NCBI GenBank assembly: GCA_965153355.1
Contig: OZ231126.1
Location: 3,348,001-3,412,000 of the forward strand
Origin: Flaccisagitta enflata
Taxonomy: Eukaryota
Direction: 5' to 3'
Length of the DNA: 64,000 nucleotides
The translations under genes and the position numbers were made by a program. The notes beneath the pieces are model-generated. The model was not told the DNA's origin. It did not search any database and worked only from the letters and a program-made list of their open reading frames with translations. Positions 54,647 to 64,000 of the stretch are shown piece after piece (the first letter of the stretch is position 1; each line of letters begins with the position of its first letter).

Positions 54647-56765
54647 ACTCTCAATTTTGGACGGATGGACGGACGGACAAACGGACGGACGGACGGATGG
54701 GCGGACAGACGGACAGATGGACGGATGGATGGATAGACGGACAGATGGACAGACGGGCAGACGGACAAATGGACGGACAGATTCCTCCTGTGTTCTACAG
54801 GACTTCGTTCCCTTTGGGGACGCTGCCCAAAAAAGGAGGTATAGGAGACAGCAGCGTACTAAACAGGGACAAGAGTAGAAGGTTCCAACAATTTTTTTCT
54901 CCATTGAATAATCCTTTATCTCTTGTCTAAATTTGATTACTATATCATTTTTGATTGACTGAAACCCACTTCTAATTGACCTTACCAACTCCCCAGTCTC
55001 CCCTTGATGCATTGCTCCTCGAACAGTCCATGAAGGAGCCAAAACGTTGCCAAAACTTTCTTCTTTGAATAAACACAGCTCAGCAAATAATATCAAGTCA
55101 GAATCTGTTTTTTTTTCCTTTGATACATGTCATGGCCATTATATGAAAACTGAATCAGCTGCTCTTGATTTCTACCTTTAATATGACCAACTGAGATACT
55201 CTGGTTTAGATTTTAGCCCATAACTCTCATCATAAGTATCATGAAGCAAGCAAAAACACAGTAATGATTAAGTTAGATTCTGTTGGGACACTAAGTTTGT
55301 CGGACACTAGTTAGGGGGGAGTATGCCCTAAAAATCTTACTATCTTACACCCCTGTCTCTATCCCGTTTATATCAATTATTTTCGATTCTCGCCTATAAC
55401 TGTGTTAGTTAACCACGGCAAAAGACATGAAACTTGTTTGGAGGCGTCCCTTGATGAGGAAGGGCGTTTTTCAGTATGCGTCAGCACTGAATTGAACCTC
55501 TTGCCAATCTGGTAAAAAGTTGAGCGACTACTTTTATTTTATATTGAATTTAACCTTCAAGGAAGTTATTCTCTTCTTTACTCCAGACAACTAAACTTTT
55601 CGTGGATTTCAAAATACAGAGAGGTAACGTTACGTCACCTTGTTGGACACTGAAAATTTTGTTATAAGAAGTATATTGACGATATGTGGTTTGAATCTGA
55701 GTCGCTAAAACACAGCCTGTTATTTTTCTTAGGCCCATATGGCCATAGGAAAACCTGAGACACCCTGAGCTATGGACACATTATTTCTTCATTGCAGGGT
55801 CCTGTTGTCGTCTATTTTCATTTTGCCTGTCTTCAAGCCACAGCCTTCATTCTTCCACCATCATCAAGATAGTCGATTAAAATACAATTGAAATGAAAAA
55901 GACATGCAACTCGTCACAGTGGAACCCCTTCTTCACTTCAATGGTAGGATGTCTATCATTTCTTTTGATTACTTAACTTGTTTAGATGTTTCTGATTGGG
56001 CGTAATCTCTTAAATCGCAGATGAGCAGCTCTGTCGGTAAGATGATTATTTAATTCTACGTTCAATTTGTCCATCCCCTACACAAAATAAAGCTCCAGTT
56101 CCTTGAGATTTACATTGAGAATGGCTAGTTAGAAGTGCTTTTGGGTAGATTTTGTTTCGTTTTGATTCACATAATGCTCAACTCAACCATGATAGTTAAA
56201 ATGTTACCAATTTTTCCCACATCTATGTTTCAAATACTGTCCTTCATTGCGAGACATTTTAAGCTCCGAGAGAGGCAAAAAAGCTGTCAACTCGACAGAT
56301 ATTTACAGTGTTAAGTATCAAAAAGTAAATCCAGTGAGAAGGTGGGCAGTTTTTGGACCAAAGGAATGATGTTGAATGAAGTAGTAAAAAATTAGTTCTT
56401 TTTTTGCCACCTGTAAAGAGTTACCAGCTCATCATCATTAAACAAGGCCGAGACAGTTAGAGTCGTTACCACGGCATGTGATGTCCCAAATTCATGACAA
56501 TAAGCTCATTAGTCAATTTGGGGAAAGTTAAAGAACTTAAGACGGCAGCTATGATATTTCATTCCTATTTGAATAATCCAGGCGTGTATAAAGTTGAGCA
56601 TTCCCACCCTCCCCTGGGGGGGAGGAATAAAATCAAAGGGTTTGGAGATGGGGAAAAAATCAAAAGCTAAAAAAGAAGAAAAAAGAAAATTTTTGAAGAT
56701 TTATCACTTTTGGTAGTTCCAAATGGTAGTCTCTGACACATTTTAATACTAATTAAACCTATAAT

Positions 56766-59700
56766 TAAGGGAGTACGAGAATGGGTCACCGAAACGAAAT
56801 GAGCTTGCTACCCTTTTTTTGGCTTAGTAGACTCAAAATATATGGGTTTGTACCAATTTGGAGGCTGTGGCTTGAAAAAAACCCACCGGAAGGCCCAAAA
56901 AACAAAAACGGCCATATTTTCAGCATTTTTATAGCGTTTTTGAGTGAAAATATTGGGTTTTAAGTGAAAATATGTTACTTACTCAAGTTTTCATGAACTA
57001 TTACATGCATCAAAATGCATAGACTCTACATTTCTTCATTTATTATCTGTAGCTTCTTTGTCCTTGAAAAGAATTAGTCAATATTATACAAATACGGTAT
57101 GATTTTTGAGCATTTCAAGTGGTAGTATGTTTTTCTAGCCTGAATTGATTTGATCACAACCTCACCAATTGAAAGAAGGTGAAAGAAAAATTTCAGATAT
57201 TTTCTGCAGTATATGTACATATCTGTAATCATATCAACCGTTATTCAGACATTGAAATTGCATGTGCATAAGAAAGCTTTGATATCAAACACAACTGAGT
57301 AAAAATCTTGAATAAGAGATCTAATGAGCAAGCAGACATTTTGGATGAGCAAAAATAAAAAGTATGAGTTTTAGTTGGTGTGATTGTCAAAAAATTGCAC
57401 TTATGTGGAAATGCTATATGAGATGAATCATCGGGAAGATCAGAGAGCAGAGCGTGGGGGACAGGAAGAGGGACATTGATAGAGACCATTTCATACGCCA
57501 GTTTTTTTCTAATGCGACATGACTACAAATGATTATTCTCCCACAATAATTTTGAAACTAATAAGCTCTCTCCAAGAGTTCTGTGTCTGTAGATGACACT
57601 TTTAACCATCTTAGCCAATAAGCTGTCCCCATATGGTCTCAATGATCTCACGGTTGAGAAGGGCAAAAACCAAATCTTTTCTTTTTACATTTTTAGCCAA
57701 GGTTTCTGAAGGCCTGATTTCAAGTATGTTTCCTTTCAAAGTCATCCAAAACTTTATCATTGGGATAGATCCAATATGTTTTTCTTTGATCATCCTTTGC
57801 TTTTGTTTTCTGAGTAGTGAGAGCTTGCACACAAATGCTATCTTGTTACTGATTGTAAGATTGCACAGAACCAAGGTTCCAGCCATCTTCTTGCAATGTG
57901 ACAACGAATTCTTCTTCCTGTAATGGCTAATTGAAGTCTCTCAGAGGCTCTTCCACAGGTACCCTAGACCTCTTGGCTTGCTTATTGGCAGACTGAGTGC
58001 CTACTGACTCAGAAGCCACATAGACATCCTCTACAGTAATGACCTCTTGGTCAGATGGGTCAACTGTGTGCAAAGCATGCAGATTTTTGTACATCTGTTT
58101 GTCTGTGATATTGTACTGCTTGAAATAGACAAAATCATTTGGCATTTCTGAAAACAAAGCCTTTTTCAACTTCACTTCTAAGCGCAGAAAAGCCAACTGA
58201 TCTGCCTCACTCAGCTTTTAGATTTTGTTATAGCACTTTTTGACCTCAGCTTGAGATGAGAGCGGTACAATATACTTGTGTTTCGTTCCATTTTGCACAC
58301 ATAAATAAAACAGTTTATTTTTGGCCATATCCCTTGCCAGCTTGTCTGCTTCACTGTCTGTCAAGGCTAACTTTGCTTTCATGATCTCTTTTTGAGACTT
58401 TGAAAAATCTGTTGCAATTTGATGAATTTCTTTCTGTCTGACCTTGAGCTCCTTGTTCTTCAACATGTTTGCTCCCTCATTACCAAAGGCAAGATCTGAA
58501 CTTGTTTTTAGCACAAGTCTGTCACTGATTGCTTGGAAAGCAGAGCCTCCTTTGCTTCTTAGCTGTTGAGAAAGATGTCCAAAATAGTTTTCTCCAACTT
58601 TGTAGTCCACATGGATGGTCTTAAGCTGATCTTCAGTGAAGATTTCTGACAGAGGCTTGAAGTGTGTCTCTCCCAATGTTCCTGCTGCTTTCTTTGCTGA
58701 GTTCCAGAAATTCTGGACGAAATTCATACTGAATTCCTCGTTACCTGGACAGAGTTGCAGCAAGCTGTTTCATCAAGACTTGCATTGAACTTTCCAGTTT
58801 ATTGACATCGTACTGCTCAAGATACTTGCAAAAAGACTCTATCCATTTGTGTTTGTACTTTTTTCCAAATCCATCCTCAAGAGCTGGAAGAGCATGCCTC
58901 TCAACTGAGCTGAATTTCAAACCTGGGATTGGTTCCGTCATTTGTTTGTACAAATTTTGAAGGATACTTCAAAGAGCCAAATGAGTTGGTCTAGGTTGCT
59001 GATCCAACAGAATGCGAAGAAGTGGCTCCATTAAATGATAGCCTACTAGAACCTCTACGGTCCATTCATAATGAACTACAGGGGAAGGAAGCAGGGAACA
59101 AAGGAGTTTGGCCACTTCATTTTGATATTTTGTGTCAAGGTCCAGATATGCCATAAGACTATCCTTCATTTCAAGGACTTTGAGGGATGCTTTGCATTGG
59201 CAACCAAAATGACCCTCTTTCATCAGTATTGCATCATTTCTGTGTCCATTTTGTTCTTCAAACTCACTGAATTCATCTTCTCTGTTCCATGGCTTTGAAA
59301 TATTCTCCATTGTAACAAATTTTAGAGCCCAGTCTTTTGTTTATGCTGCTAAGTTATTCTTCATCTTACTTTTGTCAGAGATAGTGTGCAAAGCTGCTTT
59401 CAACTTATCTTGCCCAATGTTTGACTTCAAGTTCTCGTGGAATACAGACAGTTACGATCAAAATCAAGACATGTGTGTAAGACACACCAAAGCATACAAG
59501 GGATAACATCCAATTGCAAGTGTTCTGCAATTTTTTTAGCAAGAAAATGGTTCTCACTGGCCAGATCTGTCATCAGCACAAGGATTTTTGACCAAAGATG
59601 AGCTTTGCCTACTCCAGTGAGGGTGGAAAGTCTTTCTAACAGTGTGACTATGTGGTATCCAGCCTTGTTTAAGAAAAATTGATTTTTTTTCATCAATTTT

Positions 59701-59983
59701 TAAACTGGCAGGGTCCTTTTACTATTTCAGGCACACTTTCTAGTTTTAAAGTTGAAATATAGCTTAAGAATTAAATTAAAACATTTTTTTGCTAAAAATA
59801 GTTGACAAAAACGCAAAAAATCATGGAAAAATCGATTTTTTAAGCAATCCGAGGGGTTTTTTTCAACCGATCGAGCTGAAAAAAGTTTCTAACATCTTAT
59901 CTAAGCCCTACTCACATGTTTATCTGGTAGCAAGGGTGATATTTTGAAAGAAGTGATTTTCTCCTGAATCTCGTACTCCCCTA
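56766..59983 (-). mobile_element. 3.2-kb hAT-like DNA transposon, copy 3 (inverted, nested in a small hAT MITE 56579-60123)
   Basis: Same TIRs; exact 7-bp TSD CTATAAT (56759-56765, 59984-59990). Confidence 0.88.
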
Positions 59984-61810
59984 CTATAATATACTGTTTT
60001 ATTGCTTTGCAGGGAAAAAAATCATCGATTTTGTAATGCGACGTAACATGTCGCGGAGAAGAAAATCAAAGACAGGGAGGGGGGAGGAAAGAATCAAAAG
60101 CCGCTCAATTATATACACCCCTGAAATAATCCTTTACCAACTAGATGTGGGGTATGTGTTAACAAATAGTTACGCTCAGACTTGTCACCAACGTCCATTT
60201 ACACTTTTTTGACTTAGTGACAACGAGTTTTTTTTTTCTGAGGCTCAATGTTGTTATTTGAATGATGATATTAGGCTCAAATCGTTGCTATATTGTTATC
60301 ATTTTTTCTATCACTATCTTTTATAGAAAGAATTGATTGCGGTGTCTATATAATACCATCATTTTTTTTGCCACTTTCTGCGGAAAACTACTATCTAGGA
60401 AAAAATTATGGAATCAAAAAGGGTGCAATTTGATTTATCAAACGAATTCTGTTAAAACCATGATATTGATCGCATAAGCACTTCATGTGATATTTTTGTT
60501 AAATAGAATCTTCAATTTTGCAGCTAGGGGGCGGTTGATAAAGACTTTCATACAGATTATTAGGGTCTTCATCTGCCATCTGTGAGCGGTTATTGCCAGT
60601 TTATCATTTAGTGGAGAGTTTCCATTATTTTGCTTGTCATTTCTAAACGGTTTAAGCCACAGAAACCAGATTGCGCTCGTCTTTAAGATTTTTCAATGTA
60701 GATAAATTTGCTTTTTTAAAAAAATTTATTCGCCTTTCTAGAAGCGGAGATATCTCAAGCAGAAGAAAGCCCTGATTTTTGTGTTCTGTTATTTTCACTT
60801 TTTTCTACCCATTTTGAAAATGAAAGTTTTCACTCTTTTGCTTGTCATTTCTAAACGGTTTGAGCTACAGAGACCAGATTGAACTCATCTTGAAGATTTG
60901 TTGATGTAGATTAATTTGTTTTTTTGAAAAAGTTATTTAGCATTTTTAGAAGTCAAGATATCTATGGTTGAAGTTGATTCTATGATTATTTCCTAGGTAG
61001 TATCTAGAATATTTGTTTGTCGGCAAGCATTATGGGACATATCTCTGCTTGAAATAAGAAATTTATATAAAAATTGGTGAGCTTCTTAAACTACATCGAA
61101 TTTCTGAGCTAATGCCACCAACCGCGTTCTTCTATCTCGATTCGTTTAGAAATGACAAGTAAAACAAGATTGCTACTCCAAATGCAAAATGGCAGAAAAA
61201 TTAGATGTCATTTCCTTCCAGTTACGGCACTTGGCAAAACCTCATTTTTCAGCCATTTTAGGATTTTTTGTTCTGCTTAAGTGATGCCAAAGGGTAGTCA
61301 TATCATGTCTTCACTCCCTCAAAACTTGGTCTCTTGTCAGATACTCTTATGGAGACAGTTACAAAGAAGGGAGCACAGGTCATTGAGCATGGGCTGAAAA
61401 AATCAGCTCTCAAGTTGTAAAATAAGATCGAGTCATTCTACTTCAAAATACCTCTACAAAAGCGTTCCAGTTCAATTAATGAAATACATTGATGTACACA
61501 TGACGAGGCTCACATGTGTCTCATTGATGTTTCATGAATGATTTGATGGATATAGAACCTGATTTTAATCTTGCCGACAAACTTTTGTTCTAGATAGTAC
61601 AACAACGAAAAAAAAAACATTTTTTTATCGAACCGCCGCATGTGACAATCAAAAATAACGGAAATAAAAATAAATCTGAAAGAAAAAATATCGTTGGTTG
61701 GACATGAGACTGAAATGTTATTCTTTTCGTTGTCTGAGGCTGACAATGTTGCTAGTTAGGTTCTTATTTTTCTACTAATATTTATAATATGAGCCTCAAC
61801 GTTGTTATAA

Positions 61811-62328
61811 CAAGTCATCCAAGGATCGCACATGGTCAGCGGTACCCGATGCCCTGCTTGGAGTGATAAGTTGAAGAAGTGGAGTGAGAGCAGGGCAGCG
61901 GCCCCAAGGGCCGATGTCCTGTAGGACACAGGGGTGAATTTCCATACGTCCTGCGAGGGCATATATGAAGCCTTAGTAGCATTTTTTCTATGATACTCAA
62001 TGGGAATTTTGCATTTTTTTAATTTCTTGTCAATTTGCCATGTTATTCAATGGAAATTCTACATTTTTCTCAGTTTTCATCAATTTTCCATGTTATTCAA
62101 TGGGAAACAGACATTTTTTTGTTCTTTTGTAAACTTTCCAAGTTATTCAATGGGTAGTTTGCATTCTGTCAATTTCCCATGTTATTTGATGGGAATTTGA
62201 GGCTTGAGAAGCTTCAGGGGGGGGGACGTACATACGGATGGACGGACGGACGGACGGACGGATGGACGTATGGAAATTCACCTCTGTGTCCTACAGGACA
62301 TCGGCCCTTTGGGGCCGCTGCCCAAAAA
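61811..62328 (+). repeat. Uninterrupted relative of the repeat family that hosts the Transib insertion
   Basis: Its start matches 6045-6190 and its end matches 31990-32062. Confidence 0.75.
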
Positions 62329-64000
62329 GGATGTTACTTAATCAAAAGCGTGTATGTATATGCAGTAGTAATAGTCGCAAAAACGTTAGATGGTCAGCGG
62401 TACCCGTGCCCTGCCTAAGTAGGTTGTGCTTGAGGTTGAGGGGGGAGCAGGGCAGCGGCCCCAAGGAGTTGATGACCTTTGCTTTCACACATGTGGGGGA
62501 TTTTCCCTCCTCCTCCGTCCCTCCCCCCTCAAATCCCAGTCTTGAGGCCCAAATCCCAGCCTCCAGGCTCAATTCCCAGTCTCAAGGCCCAAAACTCAGC
62601 CTCAAGGCCCAAATCCTAGCCTCAAGGCCCAAATCCTAGCCTGGAGGCCCAGATCCCAGCCTTGAGGCCCAAATCTCAGCCTCGAGGCTGGAATCTGGGC
62701 CTTTTTGCTGAGATTTAGATCTTGAGGCTGAGATTTGGGCCTCAAGGCTGGGATCCGGGCCTCCAGGGTAGGATTTGGCCCATGAGGCTAGGATTTGGGC
62801 CTTGAGGCTGAGTTTTGGGCCTCAAGACTGGGGTTTGAGCCTCAAGGCTGGGATTTGGGCCTCGAGACTGGGATTTGAGGGGGGGGATGAAGGAGGAGAA
62901 AATCCCCCATATGTGTGAAAGCACAGGTCATCGACCCCTCCAGGGCAGCTGCCCAAAAAGTAGGTGAGCTTTTACATGAGTTTGGGTTCAGTTTAAGTAC
63001 CAAGGTCTATGTAACATGCGGTTTTAACCCTCTCTCTTGCTTTTCACAGGTCCTTCCAACATGGATTTCCTTCCATCTTCTTGCTTAATCAACTTAATCC
63101 AAGAATTGTTAAATTGGAATAGTGGTGGAAAAGGATACCCATGAACATAGGACAAGATACATGTGATACAATTCATTTGACCTGATTTCAAGGTAAGACG
63201 GTAATTAAATTTTTTTCTTGATACGCGATGTCAAATGATGAATAGTGATAAAAAAGGATTTGATACAATATTCAGTTGTATGTTTACGTTCAGGTGGACA
63301 TGGGCCACTATGCAAAGATATTCATGCAGTTGGGAAGCGGTCATGATGTAAAATACAGAACATGACCAAGTGACCTGGGAAAAGTCATGATTGAGAGAAA
63401 GATGGTCTAGTGAGCGAAAACAGTTGTTGAATAGTTATAAATCTTAGTACTATTAAGATGACTGTTCGGACAAGAGAAGAGAATGAGCATTATTGAAGAC
63501 AGAATGTTACGTTTTGCTAAAGCATCAGGCACATAAACAACAAGATACTCTCATACAGATGAGAATATGGTCATAATTGAGAACAAATGTGCGCAGCTAT
63601 CATTGACCACGGGAATGGGTGTGCCTATATGACTAGCGGAACAATACGCCTCACCATACCCAAACTGAATTAAATGGAAGGGGGCCTCCATCCAGCCTAG
63701 TAGCAAACTGCTTACCAAAAGTAGCAAAGGAGTGCTTAACCAAAATTGTTATGTTACACGGATATGATAAAACATTTGAACGCGGTTAACAAGAGACGAA
63801 AGGGGTGTTCTTGTAACGACGAACCTGATGGCATATTTTTGTCAATACTTTAGACCCTGATGGGTTTTTCATTTCACGGTTTGTGCTCTCGGGTCAGCAT
63901 CAGATTTGCCACTCGGTCTGTGCGATTTTATATCCAAGATTCCCTTTGCCCAGTAACGGTAAACCATATCCAAATATGAAGCCGACAGATCCTAACTCCC

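Noticed and set aside
63050-63405. Two exon-like segments with good splice signals
   Set aside because: The first has stops in all three frames, the second had stops in the frame I read, and no family is recognisable; at most a decayed gene or UTR exons.

Overview
Repeat-rich, AT-rich eukaryotic DNA, apparently from an invertebrate animal; the organism cannot be determined. The main result is a giant ~25.4-kb Transib (RAG1-superfamily) DNA transposon at 6209-31635. It has 32-bp CAC...GTG terminal inverted repeats (TIRs), a perfect 5-bp target-site duplication (TSD, CAGGT), and it splits a host repeat into two matching halves. It carries a transposase gene that the ORF track misses because it is spread over about 16 GT-AG exons (7053-22122, ~760 aa). 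By hand splicing, every phase matches, there are no stops or frameshifts, and the D-D-E triad and CxxC/HxxxxH zinc ligands are present. Its introns are full of small repeats, and a decayed Chapaev-type transposon (23038-30587, 4-bp TSD) is nested tail-to-tail in its 3' region. No RAG2-like gene was found. The rest of the window holds an intronless XK-family membrane-protein gene broken by a MITE and a stop codon, three near-identical 3.2-kb hAT-like elements with 7-bp TSDs, several MITEs, DINE/Helentron-like repeats carrying tandem arrays, and many microsatellites. All calls are by eye; no database searches were run.
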